64,000 bases of DNA from Cyanobacteria bacterium P01_D01_bin.156 (GCA_039024555.1 JBCCQQ010000006.1:94351-158350); one strand, 5' to 3'. Shown: positions 50,424-61,524, numbered from the stretch's first letter. Notes: a model not told the origin generated them from the letters alone. A program made the numbers and translations.

Positions 50424-51440
50424 CTAGGCAGGCCAGTTAGAAGCAACGACCTCAGCTAGATCGACAACGCGCTGGCTATAGCCCCACTCATTGTCATACC
50501 AAGCTACAACCTTGACCATATCTCCATCCATAACAAGGGTCAGACTGGAATCAACAATGGAAGACTCATCGGTTTTCCGGTAGTCGATGGAAACCAGAGG
50601 CTCCTCTGTATAGCCCAGAACGCCCTTCATGTGGCTTTCAGTTGCGGCCTTAATAGCTGCATTTACCTCTTCCTTGATGGTTTTCTTCTCAACCTGAACA
50701 ACAAGGTCAACTACAGAAACATTAGGTGTAGGCACACGCATTGCAATACCGTTCAGCTTGCCCTTCATTTCTGGAATAACAAGAGCCACAGCCTTAGCAG
50801 CACCTGTGGATGTAGGAACAATGTTGATAGCTGCAGCACGAGCACGACGCAGGTCGCGGTGGCTAGCATCCAAAATACGCTGGTCGCCAGTATAGCTGTG
50901 GGTGGTTGTCATTGTGCCTTTGATGATGCCAAAAGCGTCATTGACCGCCTTCACAACAGGGGCTAGACAGTTAGTGGTGCAGCTAGCGTTACTAATGATT
51001 GGGTTCTTGCCGTGAACGTACTGATCAGCGTTAACGCCCACCACATAGGTGTCAACGTTGCCACCTTTACCAGGTGCTGTAATCAGTACCTGCTTTGCCC
51101 CTGCTTCGAGGTGGCGACGAGCGCCTTCTTCACTAACAAAAACACCTGTGGATTCAATCACAAGATCGATATCCCAAGCACCCCAAGGAAGGTTGTTAGG
51201 ATTACGGTCAGAACAACACTTGATGGTCTTCTTGCCGACGGTGATAGTGTCATCCGTGAAGGTGACATCTTCATCCAGGCGACCCAGCAAAGAGTCGTAC
51301 TTTAGCAAATGACAAGCCGTCTTAGGGTCGGAAGTATTGTTGATAGCAACAATATCAAAACCCGAATTTTCTCTAGTTAACCAACAGCGTAAGAAATTGC
51401 GCCCAATGCGTCCAAAACCGTTGATAGCTACTCTAATCAC
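50424..51440 (-). CDS. gap2: NAD(P)-dependent glyceraldehyde-3-phosphate dehydrogenase (Calvin cycle type)
   Basis: [34 protein letters not shown]. Confidence 0.97.
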   Translation of the reverse strand: MIRVAINGFGRIGRNFLRCWLTRENSGFDIVAINNTSDPKTACHLLKYDSLLGRLDEDVTFTDDTITVGKKTIKCCSDRNPNNLPWGAWDIDLVIESTGVFVSEEGARRHLEAGAKQVLITAPGKGGNVDTYVVGVNADQYVHGKNPIISNASCTTNCLAPVVKAVNDAFGIIKGTMTTTHSYTGDQRILDASHRDLRRARAAAINIVPTSTGAAKAVALVIPEMKGKLNGIAMRVPTPNVSVVDLVVQVEKKTIKEEVNAAIKAATESHMKGVLGYTEEPLVSIDYRKTDESSIVDSSLTLVMDGDMVKVVAWYDNEWGYSQRVVDLAEVVASNWPA

Positions 51441-51960
51441 TGCGCTTACCCTCTGTTGTACAACTGCGTCTAATTAGCGTTTTCATTCGCAGAACCAATA
51501 ATATCCCATGAGCTGAACGTCCTGGGGATACACACATCACAGTTGAGCCTGTGACATGCATGAATCCTTGTATTCAGAAAAAGGGTATGGTCCGATGTTG
51601 TTATTAAGTATAATTGCTCACGGTAATGGCTTACAAGTTAGTCTCTTATAAAGTTATGGCAAAGTGCTAAAGAGCAGGGTTTTACAGTTTTTTCGGGGAT
51701 TTTGGTTTGTTTTTTAGTACTAGGGGTGCTTAGGTGACGAATAGGGGCGACTTGGAGATTATTAGTTCCATATGCTAGTGACGGCTGACAGTAGGTTAGG
51801 TCCGAAGCATTTTGGCTAGTCTTTTGAAATCTGCCAAAATTCAATCTCCAAGTGGTAGGTACATGCAGTTGCTGGGGCGTTGATTCAGGTATATGGCCAT
51901 TCTGTGGATTCCTGGTATCATACGCCTGAAATATTTGTGGTGGTATCCGAGGTAAGCGTT

Positions 51961-53415
51961 ATGCCTATGGCAGTGGATTTTAGCGGCAGGCCATTTCACT
52001 TTATTGGTGTGGGTGGTATTGGTATGTCAGCCCTTGCCTATGTTCTGGCACAACGCCAGCTACCTGTGTCTGGGTCTGATCGCCGTTTAACCCATATCAC
52101 CCGTAAGCTTCAGCAACAGGGTGTACATATTTTTTGGAGTCAAGAAGCAGAAAATATTAGTCAGGTCTCAAAACCATCATCAAATGGGGATGCTGCCTTG
52201 TTACCTCAGGTTGTTTGTTCGACGGCGATTGGTCCCAGCAATCCTGAATTCAAGGCAGCTATGGATGCTGGCTGTCCAATGTTTCACCGCTCTGACATCC
52301 TGGCGGCGTTGATGAATGAAACTCAGGGTATTGCCATTGCGGGTACCCACGGGAAAACAACCACCAGCAGTATGGTTGGGTATTTATTACTCAAGGCTGG
52401 TATTGATCCATCCATTGTGATTGGTGGCGAAGTATCTGCATGGCAGGGGAATGCCTATGTTGGTAGCAGTGATTATCTGGTAGCCGAGGCAGATGAATCA
52501 GATGGCTCCCTGGTCAAGCTTTCAGCAGCCATTGGCGTCATTACCAACATCGAGTTAGATCATCCCGATCATTACAGCACCCTGGATGAAGTAGTCAATA
52601 TTTTTAAGCATTTTGCGGCCCAATGTGATGTGGTTATTGGCAGCGCTGATTGTGAAACAGTGCGTCATCAAATTCAGCCTGATGTGACTTACAGTCTAAG
52701 AGCTGATTCTAGTGCTGATTATGTTGCTACCGGCATTTCTGAAACAGCTCAGGGAACCCAGGCTGAAATTTGGGAGCACGGGCAAAAATTAGGCAGCTTA
52801 CAATTACCGGTCCTAGGGCTTCATAATTTGAGTAATGCTTTAGCCGCTATTGCAGTGGCGCGACGACTGGGGATAGACTTCAGTACCATCGTATCTATCA
52901 TGGCTAGCTTTGAAGGGGCAAAGCGACGCTTTGACCAGCGTGGCTATCACAATGACATTTTGTTTATTGATGACTACGCCCACCACCCCAGTGAGATTAA
53001 AGTTACCCTGGCCGCTGCCAAGGTGAAGAGTACGGAAGCATTGCCAAATATTAGCCAACGCCGTGTCGTTGCTGTTTTCCAGCCCCATCGCTACAGTCGC
53101 ATAACAACCCTTCTACAAGAGTTTTCGATAGCGTTTGGTGATGCCGATCAGGTGATTGTGACAGACATCTACAGTGCTGGTGAAACAAATGTTTCGCAGA
53201 TTACGGGGGAAGATGTGACGAGTGCCATTGGGGAACATCACACAGAGGTGACCTATGCCGCTACCTTGGACGATGTTAAGTCCACCTTAGCGTTCATGTT
53301 ACAGCCTGGTGACCTAGTGATTTTTCTGACGGCAGGCAACCTCAACCAAGCGATTCCTGATGTCATGGCATACCAGGCTGAGCAGGCTGAGTCGGCAGCT
53401 CTCACCAGTGTTTAG
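51961..53415 (+). CDS. murC: UDP-N-acetylmuramate--L-alanine ligase
   Basis: GVGGIGMS, GTHGKTTT, EADESD, DDYAHHP, FQPHRY. Start moved to ATG 51961. Confidence 0.97.
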   Translation: MPMAVDFSGRPFHFIGVGGIGMSALAYVLAQRQLPVSGSDRRLTHITRKLQQQGVHIFWSQEAENISQVSKPSSNGDAALLPQVVCSTAIGPSNPEFKAAMDAGCPMFHRSDILAALMNETQGIAIAGTHGKTTTSSMVGYLLLKAGIDPSIVIGGEVSAWQGNAYVGSSDYLVAEADESDGSLVKLSAAIGVITNIELDHPDHYSTLDEVVNIFKHFAAQCDVVIGSADCETVRHQIQPDVTYSLRADSSADYVATGISETAQGTQAEIWEHGQKLGSLQLPVLGLHNLSNALAAIAVARRLGIDFSTIVSIMASFEGAKRRFDQRGYHNDILFIDDYAHHPSEIKVTLAAAKVKSTEALPNISQRRVVAVFQPHRYSRITTLLQEFSIAFGDADQVIVTDIYSAGETNVSQITGEDVTSAIGEHHTEVTYAATLDDVKSTLAFMLQPGDLVIFLTAGNLNQAIPDVMAYQAEQAESAALTSV

Positions 53416-53443
53416 GCCATATATTTTCTCCTGAGCTTTTACG

Positions 53444-54355
53444 ATGGTTTTTGAAAAGCAGCTGACGAATACGGGGTGTGTAGCCAAAGCTCAGTACCCT
53501 CTTGCCAACTTGACAACATTTAAGGTGGGTGGCCCCGCTGAGTGGTTTGTTGCGCCCCGCAGTGTGAGTGAGCTGCAGGCTGCTGTGCAATGGGCTAATG
53601 CGGAAGGGTTGCCCATTACTCGGTTGGGAGCTGGCTCTAATCTATTGATTAGCGATCGCGGTTTACCTGGCTTAGTGATTTGTACTCGCTATTTGCGCCA
53701 CACCCAATTTGATGACACAGGTCGGGTAACTGCGGCGGCTGGTATGCCCATGGCTACACTGGCATGGAAAGTAGCAAAGCGGGGCTGGAAAGGCTTAGTT
53801 TGGACTGTGGGAATTCCTGGCACCGTGGGTGGGGCCGTGGTTATGAATGCTGGAGCCCACGGCAGTGATACCCAGGCTATTTTGGTGAGTACGGAGGTTC
53901 TGAACCCGGACGGTTCTCTGGAAACGCTATCGCCGGATCATCTGCAGTTTAAGTATCGAACGTCAGTCCTACAGAATGATTCAAGGATTGTTACCCAAGC
54001 TACGTTCCAGCTCGAACCAGGCTATGATCCAAAAGCGGTTCGAGCTGAAACATCAGCAGATTTAGAACAACGCCGTACTACCCAGCCTTATCACTTACCT
54101 AGCTGTGGCAGTGTTTTTCGCAATCCTAAGCCCAAGAGTGCTGGTTGGTTAATTGAACAATCTGGGTTAAAGGGGTTTATGGTGGGGCAAGCCCAAGTTG
54201 CAGAGCGCCATGCAAACTTTATTTTGAACTGTGGCGGTGCAACGGCATCAGACATTTTTAAGCTAATTCGCCATGTGCAGGCCACCGTTGACGATAGGTG
54301 GTCCCTGCAACTGCGACCAGAAGTTCAGATTTTAGGAGACTTTCAAGCAGTTTAG
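53444..54355 (+). CDS. murB: UDP-N-acetylmuramate dehydrogenase
   Basis: [37 protein letters not shown]. Confidence 0.97.
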   Translation: MVFEKQLTNTGCVAKAQYPLANLTTFKVGGPAEWFVAPRSVSELQAAVQWANAEGLPITRLGAGSNLLISDRGLPGLVICTRYLRHTQFDDTGRVTAAAGMPMATLAWKVAKRGWKGLVWTVGIPGTVGGAVVMNAGAHGSDTQAILVSTEVLNPDGSLETLSPDHLQFKYRTSVLQNDSRIVTQATFQLEPGYDPKAVRAETSADLEQRRTTQPYHLPSCGSVFRNPKPKSAGWLIEQSGLKGFMVGQAQVAERHANFILNCGGATASDIFKLIRHVQATVDDRWSLQLRPEVQILGDFQAV

Positions 54356-54487
54356 TAATGAAAAAGGTTAGGTTAGGAAACAAAGGATAGTACATATGCT
54401 CAGCCAAATTATGGCCTTTACCACTGCACTAACCTGACAGATGCTATAGTTTGACAGTCAATTTAGTAAAATTGGGCCGCCAATATT

Positions 54488-54832
54488 ATGAGCAAAGGGC
54501 AAGGTTTTGGCTTCGGTCTTGGCAAAATGAAAGAGCTTAGCGAAGCTTTCAAAAAGGCTCAGCAAGTTCAAGAAGGGGCTAAAAAGCTGCAGGAAGAGCT
54601 GGAGCAAATGGAAATTGAAGGCCAATCGGGCGGTGGATTGGTGAAGGTTGTTGTCAGTGGGAACCAGGAGCCTAAACGAGTTTCTATTTCTCCTGACGCG
54701 ATGAACGAAGGGGCTGAAGTTCTTTCTGATCTTGTATCAGCTGCAATGCGTGATGCTTATCTCAAGTCTACAGAAACCATGCGTGAGCGGATGGAAGAGC
54801 TGACAGGGGGGCTACAGCTACCGGGTCTCTAA
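54488..54832 (+). CDS. YbaB/EbfC nucleoid-associated protein
   Basis: [23 protein letters not shown]. Confidence 0.95.
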   Translation: MSKGQGFGFGLGKMKELSEAFKKAQQVQEGAKKLQEELEQMEIEGQSGGGLVKVVVSGNQEPKRVSISPDAMNEGAEVLSDLVSAAMRDAYLKSTETMRERMEELTGGLQLPGL

Positions 54833-54871
54833 TCAGGGTTGATAGCTTGGTTTGATAGAGATTTATGGATT

Positions 54872-54905
54872 AAAGCGACTAGCATTCTACTTGCTAGTCG
54901 CTTTT
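54872..54905 (+). terminator. Intrinsic terminator after ybaB
   Basis: AAAGCGACTAGCA/TGCTAGTCGCTTT followed by T. Confidence 0.75.
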
Positions 54906-54949
54906 GTTATACGCGATTATCAATGGGGTGTTCTGTGTAGGTGGGCTTT

Positions 54950-55417
54950 ATGACGACTCGACTGTTATTTGTATGTTTAGGAAACATCTGCCGTTCTCCC
55001 TCTGCAGAAAACATCATGAACTATCTGCTGGAGCAGCAAGGCTTACAGCAGCAGATCAGCTGCGATTCTGCAGGCACATCGAGCTACCACATTGGCAGTT
55101 CTCCCGATAGTCGTATGGCCGCCGCCGCTAAGAAGCGCGGTATTAAGCTAGTGGGCCGAGCGCGACAGTTTCTAGTAGATGACTTTGAACAGTTTGAGTT
55201 AATCCTGGCCATGGATGATAGTAACTATCGCAATATTTTGGCCTTGGATCCATCTGGCAACTATGCTCACAAGGTCAAGCGCATGTGTGAGTTTTGTCGC
55301 GAATATAGCGATCGCGAAGTGCCAGACCCCTACTATGGAGGAGCGGATGGGTTTGACTATGTTATTGACTTGCTAATCGATGCGTGTGGTGGCTTATTGC
55401 AGGAAATAGCTGACTAG
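54950..55417 (+). CDS. Low-molecular-weight protein-tyrosine phosphatase
   Basis: CLGNICRS P-loop, DPYY. Confidence 0.96.
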   Translation: MTTRLLFVCLGNICRSPSAENIMNYLLEQQGLQQQISCDSAGTSSYHIGSSPDSRMAAAAKKRGIKLVGRARQFLVDDFEQFELILAMDDSNYRNILALDPSGNYAHKVKRMCEFCREYSDREVPDPYYGGADGFDYVIDLLIDACGGLLQEIAD

Positions 55418-55436
55418 TACAGTTGGTAAATGCTCA

Positions 55437-55904
55437 CTACTTCTGGAAAACAAAATCGTAGTCAGAGTACTTGCCCTGGTCATAGTTGATTACAAACCAA
55501 GTATCTGGATCAAAAGCAAGGGGATAAGCCTCCCGATACTTAGATTGATTAGATTGGTGGAGCCTACAGTGGGGTGTTGCCATGGTGCCATGGATGGTTT
55601 CCTGGGTTGTGCCCTCTGCCATCGATAGAAATTGAGTGAGTTGATCTCGGGAAAGCCGTTGGTCCTTGTTTAGAATTTCCTGACAGGTACTATTGCTTTG
55701 CCTAACTGAAGTCAAAGCGGTGACTGACTGTTGTTGAGTGGGGGAGCCCGCTAGGGGGGTTAACCAGCGAGATAGCTGCTCTTGAGGCACAAAGGCGAGG
55801 ATGGCGGCACTGCCCAGTAGCAAGATAGGTAGCGGTGAACGTCTTGGACGAGAATTGGATCTTCTTCTGGCAGGATGAGGAGCATATAACGGAGAAGGTG
55901 TCAT
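55437..55904 (-). CDS. Hypothetical membrane-anchored protein
   Basis: Basic N-terminus, one TM, then a C...PHCRL...REAYPLAFDP domain. Confidence 0.75.
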   Translation of the reverse strand: MTPSPLYAPHPARRRSNSRPRRSPLPILLLGSAAILAFVPQEQLSRWLTPLAGSPTQQQSVTALTSVRQSNSTCQEILNKDQRLSRDQLTQFLSMAEGTTQETIHGTMATPHCRLHQSNQSKYREAYPLAFDPDTWFVINYDQGKYSDYDFVFQK

Positions 55905-55988
55905 GGCACAAATGTACTGTAGGCGATAAATCAATACTAGTACATTTGATCTAAAAATCCGCGATCATGTCCCATAAATTCACAGATT

Positions 55989-56079
55989 ACTGTTATTGAT
56001 TTAGGGGTTGGACAATCAATTCCATTGGCTATTGGGTCTGAACATCACAGATCAAATCATTCTGAAAAGCAGCAACGCC
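55989..56079. mobile_element. 91-bp MITE-like element, copy 3
   Basis: Last 32 nt match copy 2 at 27 of 32 positions; right TIR TCATTCTGAAAAGCAGCAACGCC. Confidence 0.6.
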
Positions 56080-56129
56080 CAAAAGTTTTTATCATTTAGG
56101 TGTAGAGACTAGGCATCAAGACTGAGGCG

Positions 56130-57770
56130 ATGAATCGAACGATAGTCTGGTTTCGCCGCGACCTAAGGGTTTATGATCACGAGCCTTTGTATCGAGCGGC
56201 TCGTCGAGGTCAGGTAGTTCCAGTGTTTATTTTTGATCGAGCCTTATTACAGCACCCCGAAACAGGGAGCGTTCGGGTTGAGTTTATGGTGGACTGTCTG
56301 CGTCACTTAGACCATGATCTGAGACAGTTAGGAGGACGCTTAATTCTGCTGAGTGGCAATCCGGTGCAGGTGCTGCCCGCTCTGGTTGCACACACTCAAG
56401 CGGAGGGTATCTATGCCCACACTGATTGTGAACGTATCTATGGTCGTGTGCGGGATGCCAGATTAAACCAGGCTTTAGCCGCTCGAAAGATGAAAATTCG
56501 CTGGTTTGAGCCAGCGGCCAGCTGTGATCAGTTAATGCCTTATCCCCACTACCGTCAGTGGTGGTATCAGGAAATGGCACAGCCAATGGTGCCTACTCCT
56601 AATCAGGTGGATGTGCCTAATGAGGTGGTGAGTGAGACGTTGCCGACGCTGGCAAAGCTGGGACATGTGGTCGATGGCAAGCCACTGCCGGTGGGAAGTA
56701 CGGCTATGGCTCGCCAACTGCTACAGAAATTTTTATTGGAAAAGGCGGATCGCTATTATTGGCAACTGTCCTATCCTAGTGCTGAAATTACGTCAGGGCT
56801 CAGCCCTCACATAAAATTTGGGGTGATTTCTGTACGGGAATGTGTGCAGTCTATTCAGCGGGCGGACGATCGTGGTGACTGGCGTATTCGGCGCAGCTAT
56901 TATCAGCTGATTTCACGGTTACGTTGGGGCAACGGGTTTACCCAGCGGTTTCGCTATTTACCCCAGCTGGAGCTGAGATCGCTCTACAGCATTTTTGACG
57001 AAGACGGCTGGAATTTTGATGAAGACCTCTACCAGGCATGGCAGCAGGGACATACTGGATTTCCCATCGTGGACGCAGCAGCTCGCTGTCTCCAGGCAAC
57101 GGGGGGATACCTGGCCTTAAACTTTCGGGTGCGAGCGATCTATGCCAGCTTTTTGAGTAATTTACTGGGAATGGACTGGCGCTATGGTGCCCTGCATTTT
57201 ATGCGGCATCTGATTGATGGGGACTGCCCTATTGACCACTACCAATGGGCGATGCAGTCTGGAGTTACCCACTGTGTAGATAAAACCTGGACACGCATTT
57301 ACAACCCTCAACAGGTGGCTGTGGATCGCTGCGATCCGGAAGGTCTCTTTATCAAGCGCTGGGTGCCGGAACTGGCGAACCTGCCACCGGAGCAGCTGGG
57401 GGCACCGCCACCGATCAAGGGCTATCCAGCACCGATTTTGGACTATCGAGACATGCGATCGCGTCGTGTTCAACAATTAGAACAACAGCGATATCAGTTC
57501 TTAAATCAGAACAATGTAGTGCCTTATTTAGGGCGCATGCCTAGAGATATCACACCATTTGGCTCTGAGCGATATCCTAGCGACACGTCGTGGGTCCTGC
57601 GTGAGTCACCTAACCTGTTTCCTAACGCCCTTGATTTAGAGAGTTTGAACGAGCAACAATGTTTGGATTTGCGAACATGGTTTGTGGCGCACGTGAATAT
57701 TACGCCTCCTAAGATGCGGCGAAAACCAAAGTCCTCCAACTCAGATGCGGACCAGTTGAGCCTACTCTAG
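56130..57770 (+). CDS. Cryptochrome/photolyase family protein with C-terminal extension
   Basis: VWFRRDLR, TSGLSPHIKFG, GHTGFPIVDA, LIDGD, RIYNP, FIKRWVPELA. Confidence 0.93.
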   Translation: MNRTIVWFRRDLRVYDHEPLYRAARRGQVVPVFIFDRALLQHPETGSVRVEFMVDCLRHLDHDLRQLGGRLILLSGNPVQVLPALVAHTQAEGIYAHTDCERIYGRVRDARLNQALAARKMKIRWFEPAASCDQLMPYPHYRQWWYQEMAQPMVPTPNQVDVPNEVVSETLPTLAKLGHVVDGKPLPVGSTAMARQLLQKFLLEKADRYYWQLSYPSAEITSGLSPHIKFGVISVRECVQSIQRADDRGDWRIRRSYYQLISRLRWGNGFTQRFRYLPQLELRSLYSIFDEDGWNFDEDLYQAWQQGHTGFPIVDAAARCLQATGGYLALNFRVRAIYASFLSNLLGMDWRYGALHFMRHLIDGDCPIDHYQWAMQSGVTHCVDKTWTRIYNPQQVAVDRCDPEGLFIKRWVPELANLPPEQLGAPPPIKGYPAPILDYRDMRSRRVQQLEQQRYQFLNQNNVVPYLGRMPRDITPFGSERYPSDTSWVLRESPNLFPNALDLESLNEQQCLDLRTWFVAHVNITPPKMRRKPKSSNSDADQLSLL

Positions 57771-57893
57771 AAAAACTGCCCTTCCGTAGAGTGTTCTTAG
57801 GCGTCATTAGAAAGCTGCATCTGACAGTAAACTAGCGTATGCTTATTACCTTGGAGGTTCTGTGGTGTGGTGAAGCGTTCATATATTTGATTT

Positions 57894-59492
57894 GTGGTCA
57901 GTTCTCGATCGATTGCAGCAATTAAAAGACGTTTGCAAATCTGTTTTGTCCTATTTCTGTTGATAGGCATCGGTTTGCGCTGTACTAACGTATCCCACAA
58001 AGTGTATTGGCACGATGAAGTATTTACAGCTGTTCGGGTTTTAGGACATCAGCATAGCGCTATCGAGGAAAGGCTGCTAGAAAAATCTGTTGTTACAGCT
58101 TCTGAATTACAAACGTTTCAACAATTTCGTCAGCCCAGACGCTGGCAGGATACCTGGTCTGCTCTTGTGGGACGCCCTGAGCATCCTCCCCTATTTTATT
58201 TATTAGAGCGTCTGTGGATGAGCGTTGTATCTCCTTCAATCACAACGTTTCGGGTAGTGGCAGTGTTTTTTGGTCTAGCGCTCCTACCTTTGACCTATTG
58301 GTTCTCTCAGCAGCTTTGGCAGGATCACTGGATTGGATTAATTGCTACCTGTTTAATAGCGGTATCTCCAGTGCAGCTACTTTATGCCCAAGAGGCCCGT
58401 GAATATAGTCTTTGGACCTGTCTAATTTTAGTCAGCAGCGGTTTTTTACTGCGGGCTATGCGCGGCGTGTGGCGCTATTCAAGTGACGCTATTGTTGTAC
58501 GTTCACCTAAATGGGTCGTGTTTCGTCAGTGGTCGCTTTATTGTCTGAGCCTAGTTTTACTGTTCTATACCACTCTCTTAAGTGGATTGGTTGTTGTAGC
58601 CCATGGGTTGTACGTCTTAATTAGTGGTTCTAGACGACAGTGGCGACGTTGGATAACAACCTTGTTAGTTGCTGTTGTACTGTTTTCTCCTTGGTTATGG
58701 GTGATTGTTCAAAACAGTGCCAAACTCAAGTCAGGGACTGAATGGACCTCCTTTCGTCAGCCTTTAGGCCAGCTGGTTAAGATATGGGGTCTCCATCTCA
58801 GTTCCACTGTTATTGATTTGGGAGCGCCTTTAGACAGTGTGTATACCTATGTAGCACCCCTAGCAGTGTTGTTACTGTTGCTAGTGGCTTTATGGCAGTT
58901 GTTGCTGGTCACTCCACCAACTTCTATGGCTTTTTGTATTATGGGATTGATGTTGCCTGCATTGGGTCTTATTTTGCCGGACTTGATCAATGGTGGGCAG
59001 CTGTCTGTAAGCACGCGCTACTTTATGCCAACCCTGTTGATGGTAACGTTGATTTTGGCGGCTTGGCTAAGACAGCTTATGCTGTCAGATCGTGGAATTT
59101 ATCGCGTTTGGGGACAGGGATTATTTGTGCTCATCCTGCTGACTAGTTTAGTCTCTGGGATTGTCAGTGCGGCCTCCTTTACCTGGTGGAATAAGAATAT
59201 TAGCTATCATGCAAATGTTATGGGTGAGGTGATTCGTAAAGCAGATACTCCCCTGGTAATTTCTGAATTAAATGCAACAGGTTTAGGCAATGCTATTTCC
59301 TTAAGTTATGCAGTGGCACCAGAAACAGCTTTTTTAGTTTTTAAGCCTGGCAAATTACCTCAAATACCAACGGGATATAGCGACTATTTTGTTACCCATG
59401 CTAATGGAGAACTTTTAGATACCATTTCAGACCGCACGGGGCGACCGGTTGAATTAGCTGATGGAGATTATCCTCTGTGGCAACTGAAGTGA
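57894..59492 (+). CDS. GT39/ArnT-like membrane glycosyltransferase
   Basis: YWHDE, EHPPLFY, YAQEAREYS; polytopic. Confidence 0.88.
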   Translation: MVSSRSIAAIKRRLQICFVLFLLIGIGLRCTNVSHKVYWHDEVFTAVRVLGHQHSAIEERLLEKSVVTASELQTFQQFRQPRRWQDTWSALVGRPEHPPLFYLLERLWMSVVSPSITTFRVVAVFFGLALLPLTYWFSQQLWQDHWIGLIATCLIAVSPVQLLYAQEAREYSLWTCLILVSSGFLLRAMRGVWRYSSDAIVVRSPKWVVFRQWSLYCLSLVLLFYTTLLSGLVVVAHGLYVLISGSRRQWRRWITTLLVAVVLFSPWLWVIVQNSAKLKSGTEWTSFRQPLGQLVKIWGLHLSSTVIDLGAPLDSVYTYVAPLAVLLLLLVALWQLLLVTPPTSMAFCIMGLMLPALGLILPDLINGGQLSVSTRYFMPTLLMVTLILAAWLRQLMLSDRGIYRVWGQGLFVLILLTSLVSGIVSAASFTWWNKNISYHANVMGEVIRKADTPLVISELNATGLGNAISLSYAVAPETAFLVFKPGKLPQIPTGYSDYFVTHANGELLDTISDRTGRPVELADGDYPLWQLK

Positions 59493-59504
59493 TAAGGGCC
59501 TTAG

Positions 59505-59612
59505 TAAGTAGGTCAGTGTAATTAATATGAATACCCTAAAATGCTGAAGCTCCTAAATTCAAGGGGTTTAGCCGTATCTTCTATCTTGTAGATAATCCAG
59601 CCGACCTACTTA
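59505..59612. mobile_element. 108-bp MITE-like element
   Basis: Terminal IRs TAAGTAGGTC(AG).../...(CC)GACCTACTTA. Confidence 0.55.
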
Positions 59613-59766
59613 ATAGGGGAAACCCAAGCCGGAAAATCTCGGCTAGGACTGAACTCAGCAGTCTGAATGAGGAAGTCTAAGGGGGTGGGCATTCCGAATT
59701 CTTAACTCTAGTTTCCTAGGAAAGTCATTTTGCTTTATTTTAATACCTCGGTGATATTTGCCCTAT

Positions 59767-60050
59767 CTGAGATCTTGCACCAGTCTCAATAAAGGCTTGG
59801 CAAGTTGACGAAAATCTGAAAAAACGGGCGGAACCAAACGAAACCCCGGTTATGCAAACGATTCTTCAACACGCCCAAGAGCTCGTTTATAGTCTCAAGG
59901 CCCTTCTGGCACGAGAGGGGAGATGTCAGCCCAGTTCAGTTGGCATGTAAATTGTTAGCCACCGTACTGATATTGCACACCTATTTGGCTTTGAGATTCT
60001 TATCAACTCATTGCCTAACACGGCTTATCAAGACTGGTGCAAGATCTGAG
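59767..60050 (+). mobile_element. Internally deleted IS derivative (IS701-like), 284 bp
   Basis: About 26-bp TIRs with perfect core AGATCTTGCACCAGTCT/AGACTGGTGCAAGATCT; retains a transposase-like start MQTILQHAQELVYSL at 59852. Family assignment is from memory. Confidence 0.75.
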
Positions 60051-60158
60051 TTAACCCATCTCAGAACTAACGCAGAATTTATCCTGACATACCTGATAGC
60101 TATTTAGAACCTGAAATGGAGGTTGCATTCCCTTAGGTTCTGGTTAATTGAGTTTAGG

Positions 60159-60821
60159 ATGCCCCTGATGAATAGCTCTTTTAGTTCTCAGTCTTTGGCT
60201 CATGAGTCCATGCTTAGCTCCCTTCTCAAGGCAGCTCTGGATAATTTAGTCGATGGTTTATTGATTGTGGCAGCAAGTGGTCGAGTGCTTCAGGCCAACA
60301 CCACGGCTGCTCGTGTCTGTGATTCTCTAACCGTATCAGACGTCTTCTTGCCAGAAATTTCTAAAATTCCGGCAGTCCTATGGCGGTTATGCTCTCCTAT
60401 CTTTAAAAAGATTTCTGATGGTATTGAGGCCCATTTAGAGGGAGAGTTCGATATTACCAATGTGAACCATCAACCTATTCGGGTTAGGATTCAACCACTG
60501 AATCTTAAAATTCAAGAGGAGGATTGTTTGATGTTGATTTTAGAAGATCGATATCAAGCCTATCGCCGTCGAGCCATAGCTGATGGCCAACGTTACGGTC
60601 TAACTCCTCGGGAGGTAGATGTGTGGGTACTACGTCTCCAAGAACAGTCCTATGAAGCCATTGCTGGTACTCTGTTTATCACTGAGAATACTGTTAAAAA
60701 ACACGTGAAGAGTATTTTGGCAAAACGTCGGATATCTGGGGATGAGGGATATGGTGAAATCTTGCCAATGGCTTTAGCTCTTCTACAGCCCAAAATCTCT
60801 GTTTGCCGTAATAGTTGTTAG
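60159..60821 (+). CDS. LuxR-type HTH regulator with PAS-like N-terminus
   Basis: DGLLIV...VLQAN; C-terminal LTPREVDV...IAGTLFITENTVKKHVKSI. Confidence 0.9.
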   Translation: MPLMNSSFSSQSLAHESMLSSLLKAALDNLVDGLLIVAASGRVLQANTTAARVCDSLTVSDVFLPEISKIPAVLWRLCSPIFKKISDGIEAHLEGEFDITNVNHQPIRVRIQPLNLKIQEEDCLMLILEDRYQAYRRRAIADGQRYGLTPREVDVWVLRLQEQSYEAIAGTLFITENTVKKHVKSILAKRRISGDEGYGEILPMALALLQPKISVCRNSC

Positions 60822-60864
60822 TATGATTCTGCCGAACCCTAACACGGCAACATATCTCAATATC

Positions 60865-61016
60865 AGCGTTGTATAAATACGGGTAAATTTCATGATTAAG
60901 GCAACCTAGCCCTTGTAGCCCAATGAACTGACCATGCTTGCGGATATGTTCGCGCTACCACACTCAGGACATTGCATTGCTCATATTCTCAATTCATAGC
61001 TCTATTATGCAACGCT
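60865..61016 (-). mobile_element. IS1-family remnant with both ends, internally deleted
   Basis: IRs AGCGTTGTATAA / TTATGCAACGCT; minus-strand InsA-like start MQCPECGS at 60977, with the IRKHG continuation out of frame. Confidence 0.7.
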
Positions 61017-61080
61017 AGAAAAAGAGCCTGAAACACAATAGGATCAGGCTCTTAGAAAGAGATATTGTTTTAATCTCATC

Positions 61081-61161
61081 ATGACAGAGTGTCAATCGGA
61101 ACTGCCGTTCGATTTTTCTCAGATTTGGCTCCTGAGCGTCCAATTTTCAGGTCTGGACTGA
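61081..61161 (+). pseudogene. IS1380-like transposase N-terminal fragment
   Basis: MTECQSELPFDFSQIWLLSVQFSGLD* resembles IS1380 transposase N-termini just before the SSDAG motif (from memory). Confidence 0.5.
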
Positions 61162-61167
61162 TCTCAA

Positions 61168-61497
61168 GCAATTGCTGATTATGCCTTGAGACAGTCGGTT
61201 GAAACCCTGTTTGAAACTTTCAAAAGTCGTGGGTTTTGTCCTGAAGAGACTGGCATGAGAGATTTAGAATGGTTCAAGAAGTCCTTTACCTTGCTGACCA
61301 TTGCCTTATATTGGGCGGTCAAGCTTGGACACTGGCTGAATGAGGATAAACCCTTAAACGTTAAGACTCACGGTCGATTCGCTAAGAGCCTTTTTTGCTA
61401 TGGGTTTAACCACCTCAGACACACCCTACTAAATTTGCCCCAACCTCAGCATAAGCAAGGCTTCCACGAGGTTATTATGTTTTCGTCCTGTACATAG
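61168..61497 (+). pseudogene. IS4-family transposase C-terminal fragment
   Basis: AIADYALRQSVETLFETFKSRGF (degenerate YREK motif), KTHGRFAKSLF, ends FSSCT*. Confidence 0.8.
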
Positions 61498-61524
61498 CCC
61501 TTGCTTATGCAATGCCCAAAAAAG

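Noticed and set aside
59615..59720. Structured RNA or ribozyme between the two MITEs
   Set aside because: Only short hairpins; CTGAATGA does not match the hammerhead core, and no riboswitch consensus was recognised.
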